This document shows positions 1 through 12,084 of a stretch of DNA of 64,000 nt, piece by piece. The stretch lies in assembly GCA_026025075.1 (NCBI GenBank), contig JAPEUI010000086.1, forward strand, positions 1 through 64,000, written 5' to 3'. The notes beneath the pieces are model-generated. The model had not been told where the DNA came from. It searched no databases and saw only the letters and a list, made by a program, of their open reading frames with translations. Position 1 is the first letter of the stretch. Every line of letters starts with the position of its first letter. The DNA is from Vezdaea acicularis. Its lineage: Eukaryota. The translations under genes and the position numbers were made by a program.

Positions 1-814
1 GACCGGTTTCGAAGTGACAACAAAATTCATTTCGTTGCCCCCACTATGATGTTTTTGTTCAACCGGGGGAAGCCTGTTTCATGATCGCCATCCCAAAAAT
101 AAATGGCTGGTGTAGAAAACGCCGGTCTAGCGACCCGCCCAGCCTCCAACTTGCGACATTTGACGTGTGACGAAGGGGCTCTAGTTGGAGAGTTTTGGCC
201 ACCCAAAGGCTCCAGACCGGCTTTCGAGGCGCGAAAGATGGCACTCTCATCACGTCGGAAGATCTTGCGGCGTTCGATTGGTGAGACGTCCTGGTATAGA
301 GCACTGGGTGATCCGTGGCCCATGCATAGCTCCCCTGCCCCGGGTTTCCTATTCCTACATCATAGCCTGTTGTAGTGACTTACATTCATTTGAAATGACA
401 TTCCTCGAGATCATTCTCTTGCTACATCTGGTTTTTTCCTTAATGAATCGTGGTGGTTCAGTCGTTGCGTCGTAGGCTTCAACGACCGCGATACACGATC
501 AATCTTTCGCACTCTTTTTATGGCGCATTCCTAGAAGAACTGGCAACCAATCCTTCCAAAACGGCAAAACCCTCTGCTGGCCATAGTGGAATCCTCATGA
601 CCTGCCCATAAGGACTGAAGATTGCATTCGCAGCAGTTTCGTTTGTCCATATACCCATTTGCGATGCACGTATGGCCCTGTAATAGCATCTCTGGCTTGT
701 CGGAATAGTCCTTGATACCAAACTGTGATTATGCGTTGGATCCTACAAATGAGTTAACCAGGGCTCGATTCCACAGATTCAACGCCTGGCGCGTTGTGAA
801 GAACATTACACTAA

Positions 815-2761
815 ATGGCGACCATCATGGAAGTGTCGACGGCGATTGTGCAACCAATCCGAAATCTCAAGAGGGTCATTCCGTATAAAGTACAGGCAAA
901 CAAGACGACTGTCGACTTAAAGGCAGGCCAAGGAAAACGTCAGCGTGGAGATACACCTTTAGGCAAAGAGGCCCAAAGCAATGAATTGGATAACCGTGGG
1001 ACCTCTAAACACCAAGGTGGAGGAACACGATATGCGAAGCTCGACAAGGCACTACCTCCTATCCCTCGGGAGACCTTGATAACGGTCGCGATTGCTTCAG
1101 AGAAGGTTATAGCTTCAGAACCAGTGTCACCGAGCAAGCCATCCTTAGGCCTTCGGCGTCGTCCAGGGAAGTTATCAATAATCGCTGCAAGTTCACCGTA
1201 CGGCGACATGTCAGAACCAGAGCCTCGCCTATCAAACTCCCCCGTACCAGCAACTCTTATTACGCGAAAGCAAGAATCTGGTCCACGCGAATTGTCTTCA
1301 CCCTCACACAATTCGCCGCAACGTGATGGGCATCTGCCACCCAAATTCCACATGAATGGGAAGAAAGGACAGAGGAATGGTAGTGTAGAAAGTGCTGAGA
1401 CTTTCACTACCCAGGACCAGGAATCCTCTGCAGAGATTGCCTCGACTTCTACGTCGCTCTCTTCGCTATCAAGTCCAATTGCATTGAAAACATCGCCAGT
1501 GGAGACTATTTCTACACAGCCCCCTAAGATTGATGATAGCAGGCCATCGGAACGGTCTCGGAGCCAGAGCAATACGAAAGAACTTGGCGAATCTTGTATA
1601 CCGGAGCCATCGGTTTCGCTACATGGGCAAGACACATACCCTATACAGAAAAGCTCTTCGAAATCTCCTGTCAGTGACCCTGATATCAAGAACCAAGAAC
1701 CAACTTCTCCGCCACATGTTATGGGCAATAAAGTATCCAAGCATGAAGAACGAAAAGAGCAGCTGGGGGTAGGTAGGCAGCCAAGGAGTCCGTATCCACA
1801 ACCTTCTAGTCCATTAGCCGGCCAAGAGTCTGGGAGTCTAAGCGCCCCGATTGGTTCTGAAGCTCCGCAAAGTACTCTACTTCCGATTAAGAGGTCTTCT
1901 TGGAGCAAACCGGTAGCTCCGAGCCCAGCCCTTAATGATGGTACAAGGACGACCTCTATCAAGAACAAACTGAGCTACGCTTTCCACCGCAAAGACCGCC
2001 GAGAAAATCATCCAATAGACTCGTTATCTGTTACTAGCCACCCAAGACAAGCTTTTTCAAAATCGACTGGGCAACTAGAACTTTTCGCGCCGCTCACTTC
2101 GATCACCAATAGCTCTCAACCCTCCCTGAGTACTGCAAGCGACTCCGCTCAAGAAAATGAAGCTTCAATCAGGTCGAGAGATATATCAGGAGCTAGAAGA
2201 CCTAGTAACTTGGCTATACAAACAGACCTGCTTCCTCCGTCGATTGCAGATACAGGAAGCCCTTACGCAGATTCGATCGATAGCGCAACCCTCACGATTC
2301 TACCATCATATTTGACTCCACCATCCCCCGAATCTCGACCTGCTTCACTTTATAAGCCTCGTAATAATCCGCGTAACGCTTTCCCGCCAAAACCTACTCC
2401 AAAGCCAGACCATGATCAACCTGTTCTGGATGCTCCAACTTTGCTACCCTCACATTACTCTTGCTATAATAGACACACGCAGATGCCGCCATCTGGTAAC
2501 TCTCATCATCCCATTGCCTGCATGACATGCAAGAAGGCGGACGCCGGGAATAGGTGGAAATGTGCCTGGTGCTGTCTAAGAGTATGTGGGCCGTGCATGG
2601 AACGACTGGATAAAGCTGGGAGAAGGGGTCGAGGCCCGCTCACACTGAAGGTGACACCGCGCGAGGGGGATGAAATTGTGCTTACCAACGAGGAAGGAGG
2701 GGGAATATTACAACGCATGCTGGACGCTATGGAAAACGAGGAAGGGAATAAGATTTCATGA
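815..2761 (+). CDS. Hypothetical Ser/Pro-rich protein (648 aa) with a C-terminal Cys/His-rich putative zinc-binding domain
   Basis: Long intronless ATG ORF with a low-complexity body. C-terminus HYSCYNRH...HPIACMTC...WKCAWCCLRVCGPC. Confidence 0.8.
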   Translation: MATIMEVSTAIVQPIRNLKRVIPYKVQANKTTVDLKAGQGKRQRGDTPLGKEAQSNELDNRGTSKHQGGGTRYAKLDKALPPIPRETLITVAIASEKVIASEPVSPSKPSLGLRRRPGKLSIIAASSPYGDMSEPEPRLSNSPVPATLITRKQESGPRELSSPSHNSPQRDGHLPPKFHMNGKKGQRNGSVESAETFTTQDQESSAEIASTSTSLSSLSSPIALKTSPVETISTQPPKIDDSRPSERSRSQSNTKELGESCIPEPSVSLHGQDTYPIQKSSSKSPVSDPDIKNQEPTSPPHVMGNKVSKHEERKEQLGVGRQPRSPYPQPSSPLAGQESGSLSAPIGSEAPQSTLLPIKRSSWSKPVAPSPALNDGTRTTSIKNKLSYAFHRKDRRENHPIDSLSVTSHPRQAFSKSTGQLELFAPLTSITNSSQPSLSTASDSAQENEASIRSRDISGARRPSNLAIQTDLLPPSIADTGSPYADSIDSATLTILPSYLTPPSPESRPASLYKPRNNPRNAFPPKPTPKPDHDQPVLDAPTLLPSHYSCYNRHTQMPPSGNSHHPIACMTCKKADAGNRWKCAWCCLRVCGPCMERLDKAGRRGRGPLTLKVTPREGDEIVLTNEEGGGILQRMLDAMENEEGNKIS

Positions 2762-3896
2762 TTATACGAGTAATGGTTCGCAACACTACGGACGCAGTTT
2801 TGCGAGCGGTTTGTTTTGATCGTTTCTTGAGCGAGTGCAATGGGAGGCTTTTGTGCTAAGGCCTCACACACGCGCTATATGGCCGCCTTTGCAGCCTCTG
2901 CAGTCGGTATGGGATATATGGCTAGCGTCCTCTGAAGAATGGGTCTTAGTCCTTCTATAATAAATACCCATCATGCATTTATCTTGCTTATTTTCTTACG
3001 CTAATTGTACTCTAGCTCTCAAGTCTTGAGTCTTCATAGAAGGATAAGAATAAAGGAGCTTCTGTCTTGTATATGTGCGGAAAGCGAGGTCCCCTAAAGG
3101 AGTGCAACGTTAATCCCGTAGGTGCCGAATCCGGGCCCAATGACCATAGCCAAGTAGGTCAAGAAAATGAAAACATGAGGAGAACAACGCATCCTTCTTT
3201 CCCCCCCATGGCCTACAAATCAAGTAGTGATTCTGGAGGTGCTAACATTGGCAGCAGGAAAGATGGAGCTTCAATGGAGGAAAGGCAGAGCTGGAAGTTC
3301 AAGATGTCTGTGGAGACTGGAGAACTTCGAGAGACTGGCGTTGCTTATTGGTTCTCAACGAGAAGAATCTAAGTTCGCTTTCTGCACGTGCCTTCCTGGC
3401 TGTATTGCTACTACCTCTGTTGGTGTACGAGTTCAAGCTTCCTAAGTACAGATCAGGAAAGAGGCCACGGCTTTGATAGGCAGTCCCTACCATTTTGATA
3501 GCTACATAGTTCGTCCACAATTCTGCCAACATTCAAGCTGAACATCCACATCTTTATCTCGATCATCTTTATCTTCGAGAAGGAAGCGTATCTCTAGCGT
3601 TAATCCACCATCAGAGCCTGAAGCTTAGTACTGAGGTCTTCGGTTTTAACACAAAAGTTCATCCCTAGGTCTGGCCACTCTCAACTTAAGCTCGCTCCAC
3701 TCATTCCTCAGCGGGGTCATCAAGGCGAGGTTTGCATCTGTTATTGGGGCAAGAGAAAGTCCTATCTTCCTGTCTTCCCCGTAGGTTCCGTAAGCGCGTC
3801 GAAACAGTTCAATACTGATGTGTGAGACATCAAGAACCGTTAATTCGACACGACCGAGTCTAAAGCAGTCCGACCGCTGCATATCAATCAGTTGCC

Positions 3897-4721
3897 ATGG
3901 CTCCAACCGGGAAATTTCCGGCACGGCCTCTGCCATTTCGTCCTGCGAAAACCGATTATAAGGTCGCCCCTGGATCCAAACTGATACCCTCCTCACCAAA
4001 CTTACCTGTCCGTCCGGCAAAGGTCTACCCTAAGACGCCCGTCCCTTCTTTAACGGCCTCCCCGCCGGTATCTTCTCGCCCCACAAAAGCTTGCCCCGGG
4101 ATGCCTCCATTGAAGCAGAAGCACTTGGCTGAAAAAAGAACCTCTAGCAAACGAATCCAAGAGGGGCTCAAGAGTGCTCGTAAGCAAGTCATCAAGCGAT
4201 TGTCTATGACGTCCCTCAAACGGAAAGCCAGTACTGAGCATGAAGCATCTCCTCCTGGTAAGAGAATGCTTAGTGAGGATGCTTCTGCATCTCATGCTTC
4301 ATTGAAACTGGAGGAGACTCTCGGCAGCAGTTCAAGCCAGTCTACGACAACTAAAGAGCGTCTTTCTGAAGATTCTTCTCACTGGAAGTACTTGGAGCTT
4401 CTCAGAATGGGCTGGCTACATGCGGATGATACTGTTTCCGATCATTTGGGAACCGTACAGCATTCGGTGTACGGAAGATTCAGAGACCAAATTGGGCACA
4501 TCAAGCACCGTGCCAAATCTCTTGAAGCTGGCAGTCCTGGGAGCTTTTCAAGTTTGACTGACTGTTCAAGCCCAGCTTCTCTGGGCAGACCCTCACTAGA
4601 AACCGTGGGAGAGTGCACCGTTGTCGTACCTTGTGCGTTGCCTATCCTGGCTCCGTTCGACTGGGAAGAGAAGGAATACATTGTCCCAACCTTGCCGCTT
4701 GAGGAAAACGTTCATTTGTAG
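3897..4721 (+). CDS. Hypothetical basic/Pro-Ser-rich protein (274 aa)
   Basis: ATG ORF in good context (GCCATGG) with NLS-like LKRK/GKR. No recognisable domain. Confidence 0.5.
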   Translation: MAPTGKFPARPLPFRPAKTDYKVAPGSKLIPSSPNLPVRPAKVYPKTPVPSLTASPPVSSRPTKACPGMPPLKQKHLAEKRTSSKRIQEGLKSARKQVIKRLSMTSLKRKASTEHEASPPGKRMLSEDASASHASLKLEETLGSSSSQSTTTKERLSEDSSHWKYLELLRMGWLHADDTVSDHLGTVQHSVYGRFRDQIGHIKHRAKSLEAGSPGSFSSLTDCSSPASLGRPSLETVGECTVVVPCALPILAPFDWEEKEYIVPTLPLEENVHL

Positions 4722-5114
4722 TCTATCGTTGTGAGCAATCAGGGAACGCTCGTTCTAAAAGTGTTGTTGCGATTTGGAATAGGCGTAGAGGTGGATACGG
4801 GCTGCTCCTTGCGTCGTCCGTTTTAGATTGGTAGTCCCATCTTTCAGATCGCCTGTAATGTCGTTGATTGCTGGACCCTGGCGCTTCCCGAGATTTTGGG
4901 TGCTTATTTTAGCTGCGCTTGAGCGGTAAGAGCGGGCAGAAAGTGGGTTGCGACTCGCCTGAATTACCGCATAGAGAAACCATTGAACTACTGCCGAACT
5001 GCCTAAAAAGCACTCGCCTTGCTCGTTCGACTCATACTCATGCTTCCTTTCTGACCTTCGACGCAGACCTCTATCTGCTCTTTAAAATTCTCTGCAGGCC
5101 AGAGTGTGACGATT

Positions 5115-6131
5115 ATGGATCCAAAGCGCCACCCGTCGTCCTTCCAGCAGCTGGAGAAGCTGGGTGAGGGGACTTATGCTACCGTATGCTCCAAACCTGC
5201 CCGTCTACTTTGGCGTGCTGTAGGAAACATGCTCACTTGAGGTGCACAGGTATTCAAAGGCCGCAACCGGCAGACCGGCGAGTTTGTTGCCCTGAAAGAG
5301 ATCCACCTCGACAGCGAAGAAGGCACACCTAGTACAGCCATCCGCGAGATCTCCCTAATGAAAGAGCTCAAGCACGAGAACATCGTCAGCCTCCACGATG
5401 TGATCCACACCGAAAACAAGCTCATGCTCGTCTTTGAATTCATGGACAAGGACCTGAAGAAATACATGGACTCGAAGGGCCAGCTCGACTACCTAACGAT
5501 CAAGAGCTTTATGCAGCAGCTCCTGATGGGTATCGCCTTCTGCCACGAGAACCGCGTCCTCCACCGCGACCTCAAGCCGCAGAACCTCCTCATCAACAAC
5601 AAGGGCCAGCTCAAGCTCGCCGACTTCGGCCTCGCGCGAGCCTTCGGCATCCCCGTGAATACGTTCTCGAACGAGGTCGTCACGCTCTGGTACCGCGCGC
5701 CAGACGTACTCCTTGGCTCCCGCACCTATAACACCAGCATCGACATCTGGTCCGCCGGCTGCATCATGGCCGAGATGTACACAGGCCGCCCGCTCTTTCC
5801 CGGCACCACCAACGAGGACCAGCTGCAGAAGATCTTCCGGCTGATGGGCACTCCCAGCGAGCGCTCCTGGCCCGGCATCAGCCAGTTTCCCGAGTACAAG
5901 GCCCATTGGCATGTTTTCGCCACCCAGGACCTGCGCCTCATTCTGCCTCAGATCGATCACGTCGGCCTCGATCTCCTCGGCCGCATGTTGCAAGTAAGAC
6001 CCGAGATGCGCATCTCCGCCAAAGACGCCCTCCAGCATCAGTGGTTCGCGGATATGCCCGGTGTGCCGCCGCAGGTCGTCGGGCAGCAGGTGCAGACAGC
6101 GCAAGCGGGGTTCGTGAGCTCAGGCTATTGA
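5115..6131 (+). CDS. PHO85: Cyclin-dependent kinase Pho85/PhoA (exons 5115-5183, 5250-6131)
   Basis: [27 protein letters not shown] intron 5184-5249, then [44 protein letters not shown] and [14 protein letters not shown], typical of Pho85. Confidence 0.97.
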
Positions 6132-6402
6132 ATTGATAAAGGGGCTTTAGTAGGAGTGTAAGAGACGCGGGATTGAATCTGAATTTGGGCCTGGCAAGAG
6201 AAGAGTTCGTGGTTAGAAGGCGCGAGGGAAGGGATGGCTTATGTTGATGACGATGACGACGATGCATGGAACTCGGCGTTCTAGGTCACGGTTCTCCCGG
6301 GTCTATATCAAATTTCCCCACATCAAGGCGCTCTATGCCTGCCGTCCAACTCTCCTACGTGAACATACACATCTGAAGACGAAAAACTTAGACCATTCCG
6401 CA

Positions 6403-6477
6403 CCCCCCCCCCCTCAAATATCTTCAAACGTCCACAAACAAACTCAGGCACTCATCCAAGATAAACCCCCCCCCCCC
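6403..6477. repeat. Two poly-C tracts (C11 at 6403-6413, C12 at 6466-6477) in the convergent 3' intergenic region
   Basis: Read directly from the sequence. Confidence 0.8.
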
Positions 6478-6614
6478 TCTCTTCCTCTCTCGTAGCCCCC
6501 TCCTATCCCTACCCCAATCACTCGTCCCACTACCGAAACCTGCCCCCTTAGCAGCGTTGCAGTAACCGGGGTAATGAACTAGGCAACACGTTTCTCCTCT
6601 TTCAACGCGGGGAA

Positions 6615-6628
6615 AGAGAGAGAGAGAG
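6615..6628. repeat. (AG)7 microsatellite
   Basis: agagagagagagag. Confidence 0.7.
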
Positions 6629-7431
6629 AAGGGCAGGGGTGGGAGGAAACAAAATATCCATTTACATGGAACGCTTCGCCGAGGAGTGCTTAACGACGGG
6701 AAGAAAGAAGAAAAGGCAGAGAAAGCGCGAACGAGCGAGCACGGAGGTATCAGATGTCAGGAATGGCTTGCGCGGTAGAAAGCCATGATATATTCTCTTT
6801 AATCACCTTCGCTGTTCGTACAAGGTATCAATCTGCCCCACACGTCGCCATCGCCCTTGCAAAAGATGGCATATCGTGAGCGTTATCCCAACCACATAAT
6901 CGCGTGCCCCGTACATTATCCTGCATAATACGCTCACAAAACCCCTCAAAAATAATAGAAAGAGGGAACAAGAAGGAGCGCATTACCAGCATGTGCCGAC
7001 CCGCCGCCAGAAAAAAAAAGGTCCGTCCCTTCCCGCCCATACGTGTTTTTTTCCCGAGAGGGTATTACCGGATGATGCGAGATGGCTTGCGCCTGGCGGT
7101 CTTGAGCGAGATTTTTTGACTTTATGTGTGAAAAGAGAGAGAAAAGGGGTGGAGAACCGGAGAATAGATGAAAAATTTCCATCAACCATTCGCTATGCAA
7201 CGCTTGCTCGAACGCAGGAGACGGCAAAGACAGAAACACTGACATGAGAGGGGAATTGAAAGATTCGCGACGAGTGGAAAAGACGCTCAGATGTAAGACA
7301 GTCAACAAATTGACGGAAAAAGTCCACCCGCTATGCAAAATCATCACAAATAAATCGTACACGCTCAATAGGCATCATGAAAACATGCATTCGTACACTA
7401 AAAAAAACCAACCAACACAATGATGACAGTG

Positions 7432-10400
7432 TCAGACTGACACCGTCCGTCGTCGGGGCGTGAGCGGTTTCTGCGCGTAGCAGATCAAGAGCTTGAAGCT
7501 CGTCTTGCGCATCTCGCACTCGCGCAGTAACGCGCGATCGTTCCAGAGACTCTCCGCTTCGCTGCCTTCTGGTAGGATGGCACTCTCGTAGCACCGGGAG
7601 TACCACCAGCGACCCACTCGTGCCACCATGTTGGTGATGCCTTCATCGCCTTCTTTTGTCTGGTCGCTGAGCATGGCGCTAAGGCTGACCTTCTCTTCCT
7701 GCGGGGAGGTTTCTCGGGAGTCGATGCGTCCGGCGGCAGGCACGCCGACCATGCATCTGTTGAGATTCTCGAAGCCGCGGCGTCCAAGCATCTTCTGGAT
7801 ATTGTCTGAGATGGGCTTTAATGAAATGGTGGCGTCGTCGACTTGCAGCTTGACTTTGAGCGCCATGACGGCGCGTCGGGCACGGTTGCCCATGTTCATC
7901 ATATCTAGATCCAACACGCTTATCTCGAGGTACCCGCCTGGTCGAAGGACGCGTTTGCACTCGGAAACAGCCATGCGGTAGGTTGTATCTGAGCTGACGA
8001 CTGGAAAGCGGAGAACCACAGCTGTGAAGAAGCCGCGCGGGAAGGGGAAGGGATTCGCAATGTTGGAATGATAATGTTGGCGATGGTTGGAGGGTGACTG
8101 CCAAGCCCCAGAATCGCGGTTCATGGTCGACACGCTGTTGGATGACGGAGAAGGGCTGAGGTTGTATACTATCGCTTGGGGATAGGTCAGGGCACAGTAG
8201 AAAGACCAGTCGTCTAAAACCTAATTAGCACAATTTCAAATGCTGCTTTGGAGGAAATTACCATTGCCTAAGCCGTCCAGTATCAAGATTCGGTCATCTC
8301 TACCGACCCCAGCACCTTGCTTGATCTCCGTATGTGCCGGGCTAAAGAGGACTCGACCGAAGGAAAGCCATTTGCTGGTCATCAAAGCGCCAAATCGAAC
8401 ATTCATCTGCGTATCTAGCCCTTCTCTCTCTTTATCAGCAAAATCCATCAGTTGCGTGTCTCGATACTGCGTCTTCTCTCCCGACTCGTTGCGCGAGTAT
8501 ACTGACGTAGAGCTCAGATGACTTCCTTCGGACAAATTGCTGAATCGTGTTACGTTGGACCCGCGGACACTGAGGTTGCGCTCGCCATATCCAGAGAAAA
8601 AATCCGTGAAAGACATTGGCGTGGTAGGAATGCCAGAGTGGGGAGGTGACAGGAGATTGGAGCTCTGCTCTGGGCTGGTCGTATCATGTTCGGACGCTCC
8701 TTCTTTGTCTGATCCAACGACTGGCGACTCTTTCACTGGACGTCGGGCATTACTCAACTGCAAGGGAACAGGTTTCGCTGGCGTGAATTTGAAAGGCGAG
8801 CCAAGTGCCGAAGGTTCTGGCGCAGGGGAGAGCACGTCAATAAGGTCGTCATATTCGTTCCACACCTCATCGTCGCCTGGAGCAGCATGCGGAGGAGGAA
8901 CGATGGCAGTAGTCGCAGCGTAGCCTCCGGACGAACTGGAATAGGAGACTTCGGAGCCTTTGCGGAGAGGAAAGTTTAGAAACTGGTTTGGGTCGAATGG
9001 GCCCGTACTAGAATCGCTCGTGTACGTGCGGGTTGGCATGATCCTTGCCTTTGCTCTCTCGTATTCAGCGTCGATGTCCGGCGAGGTTATCACCGCATCT
9101 CTTCTTGGCTCATGAACCTGATGGACTAGAGCGTTACTCTCTTGAGTTTGCAGAGGTACTGAAGCTGGTGCCGGTGCCGGCTTAGTGAGCGCTTCCTCTT
9201 CCGTCTTTGGTGTGACAAGAGGAAAGGCCCGTGGAGCAGGCTGATTACGGTTCCTCGTCGACACAACCCGCGGAATCCTGCCAACCTGAGCTAAGCGGCT
9301 AGGTTTTGTTGGAAGCATCTCATCTGCGCTTGGCTGTTGCGGCTCTACAGACCTGAGCATGACCTTTGGCGAAGCTGGTCGCGAATTCTGTAGTCCAGCA
9401 GGGATTGAGGGGGGATCTGGAAGCAATACCGAATGAATGTCCTCTCTTCTAGACTCAGACGGGTCTGAGAAGGAAATACCGAGATCGTCGGCATCTTGCA
9501 TGTCTCCAACCTCCTGCAATATGTCCTCAAGATTATCCGAGCTCCCTTGATCCGTTGAATCGAGGATGGCATAATGAGCTACCGGTCGAGGAGGGGGGTT
9601 CCGAGTGACCGTGACTGCGACTTCGGTTACAGAAGGCGTCGTCGGAATAGGAGTCTTCTGCGCCGCCCCCGTCTGTGCTCGATGGAAGAAATTCCACTTT
9701 CTTGGGGACTTGCCGCGTTTGTCTACCTTCTTGGGTTTGAGCCAATTTCCTTCCTTCCCCTCGGAGAAATCCTCTTGCATTTGACTTGAGCCAGTGGTAG
9801 GGGGCACCGCAGAGTATTGACCGGTCTCTTGGCTGCCGATAGACGGTGATGGAAAGGGTGCGTTCGTGTCGATCGGTGGCGGGATAGAGAGGGGATCTTT
9901 GTCGGTGAAAATCTGTGATCTGTGTAGTGATCGTCGCATGGCTAGAGAAGGCTTTTTTGGTGTCTCGTCGCTGCTCGTTGACGGCCTTCGAGAAGATGAG
10001 GTAGATCGCAGCTGGGGAGACATGCGTGCAGCGCCAAAGAAGCCAAAAGTCGGCCGGGACATCTCATTGCTGCGCTTCGAACCTTCTGATATCTGAGATG
10101 AGCTGATCTTGGAGTCAGTGCTTGGTCTGCCGACTACGGAACTCTGGTTGCTGCCAGTGCGAGCCATATCGGCTGCGTGGGTGTTGGGACCAGCGCCACC
10201 AGGGATGACGACCGGATCCAAACGTTCCAGGAAGAATTCATCCACAGAGGGCTCTTGACCACTGGTGACGCTTCCTTTCCGACTCGTCACGCTTCGACTT
10301 GCACTTCCCACTGTCCCAGTACTGGCGCTTCTTGCGTAGCTACCTGTACTCGTCGTACTTCCACTGCGGCCTCGAACATACTTCCCATAGCCTTCATGAC

Positions 10401-12084
10401 CGGTTCCCGCGACCGGTCCTTTCTTCAGCGAAGTAATTTCTGGGACCTCGCGGTTCACGACTGGCTTCGGGCGACGGCTGAAGAGACCAAATCGAGATTT
10501 ACTCGGGCTCTCACCGATAGGTACAGGCGTCTTCTTGCCACTTCTCTCAGCATCTGGGGCTTTCAATACCGGTATTGATCCGAGGGTCGCTGGCTGAGAT
10601 GAGGCCGACTTGAAGCTGGACGTTTGACTTGGGCTAGGTGAAGGGTTTCTTGAAGGAAGGCGAGAGAGAGGCTGTTTCAACTGTACATTGTCTAGTAGAG
10701 GGGCGTTTGCATTTGATGCTATTTGCCTAGAGCCCATCGCTGGCGCATCACTAGAATCTCTCCTGCGATGGCTCGACAGGGTCGGGAGTTGGCTTTGGAT
10801 AATGGGAGGAATCGACTCGAAAGACTCGTTGAGGTCAGGCGCACCCTCACGACTTGGGCGAGGTGGACGTGCAAGGCGAGAACCTGTGAAGAGGGATCTG
10901 GGAGGTTCTGGAATGCTGTTTTGTTGTTGTTGAGCACCTCGAGGAGATTCGTCTTGTGCTGAGCCTTTCATGAACCTTTGAGACGACTTCCTTGGGGGAG
11001 GGCTGGGAGGTGGAGGGGAGAGACCACCTTTCTTCTTCCTCTTCTTGATTTCCGGACTGCTCTCTTTCCGTCTGTCGCCCTTTTCCCCAGCCTTCATCGT
11101 CGAGCCAGAGGATGATGAAGAGGTTACCGATTCGCGAACAGAAGGGAGTCCCTGCGCATCGAGAGAACCCAATGCATCATCCGGATTGAAACTATCCGCC
11201 CTACGTCTGGTGACAGGAGGTCGACTTCTTGTTGGGCTTATCTGCCGCGACTTGACGGGGAACTTCGACGGCATCACTACTCCTGGAGAATGTGAGGACA
11301 TGGACGTAGGGGTAGAGGTCCTGCTCCAAGGGCCCGGAGACTCGGAGTAGCGAGTGGAAGGACTGCTGGTAGGTACTATGAATAAGGCTGTAGGTGGTGG
11401 CATCTCATTAGCCAGAGGTTGATAAGGTATTCCAAAGGGCAGCTCCTCTGGCGTCTTGTTCGAGCCCGCTCTATTGCGGCCCTGGATGCCTAACACCGGG
11501 GTAGAAGTGCTTTTCAGCGGCATCGCTAATCCCATCATGGACGTCTCGGGGATTGGCTCCGTCTGTCCTCGAGTGACTGAAGCAGAGTACATGGTGGGTA
11601 GCGACGGTGTAGAATCGGTTTGTGCATCGCTATGAGTGTATGCTGATCGTTGATTGATCGAGGAAGGCTTCCTCCGAAGCACATTGCGTGGAGGCTTATC
11701 CTTCTTTTCCGGGGAGCTTGCTGAACCGGATCTGGACCTGAAACCAAAGTGGGATGAGGGAGAAGGTGCCGTCTGAGATCTTGGGGGCATCAGAGGTGTT
11801 GGCGTTCGTAAAGTAGACCGGGCTTGCTCCTCACTTCCCCGGGACATCGCCGGCCCCGTTGCAACATCGTCCTTTAGGTCTACATCCGGCACCGCCTGCG
11901 GTTCTTTCCTTCGCGTAAAGATGGAAGAGGCGTAGGATGGTAGGCCGGTCTTGCTCGTCGAGGGGGCCGCCGCTCTTCGTGACGGCAGCCTAGAAGCAGA
12001 CTTGGACCGCATCGAGGACGAAGAGCTTTCTTCAGGCCGTCCTGGGGGTCTATCGTAGGGAGCCATCAGATATCCTTGGGCCAT
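7432..12084 (-). CDS. Large disordered protein with a C-terminal class I SAM-methyltransferase-like (Methyltransf_11-type) domain, about 1534 aa (exons 12084-8262, 8213-7432)
   Basis: 48-nt GT-AG intron (8261-8214) joins RILILDGLGN to DDWSFYCALTYP. Downstream FPFPRGFFTAVVLRF and ECKRVLRPGGYLEI are methyltransferase motif II/III-like. Confidence 0.88.

Noticed and set aside
5493..6104. 203-aa antisense ORF over PHO85 (similar ones at 940-1968, 18497-19000, 22928-23464)
   Set aside because: Shadow ORFs produced by codon bias of the real gene on the opposite strand; no domain features.
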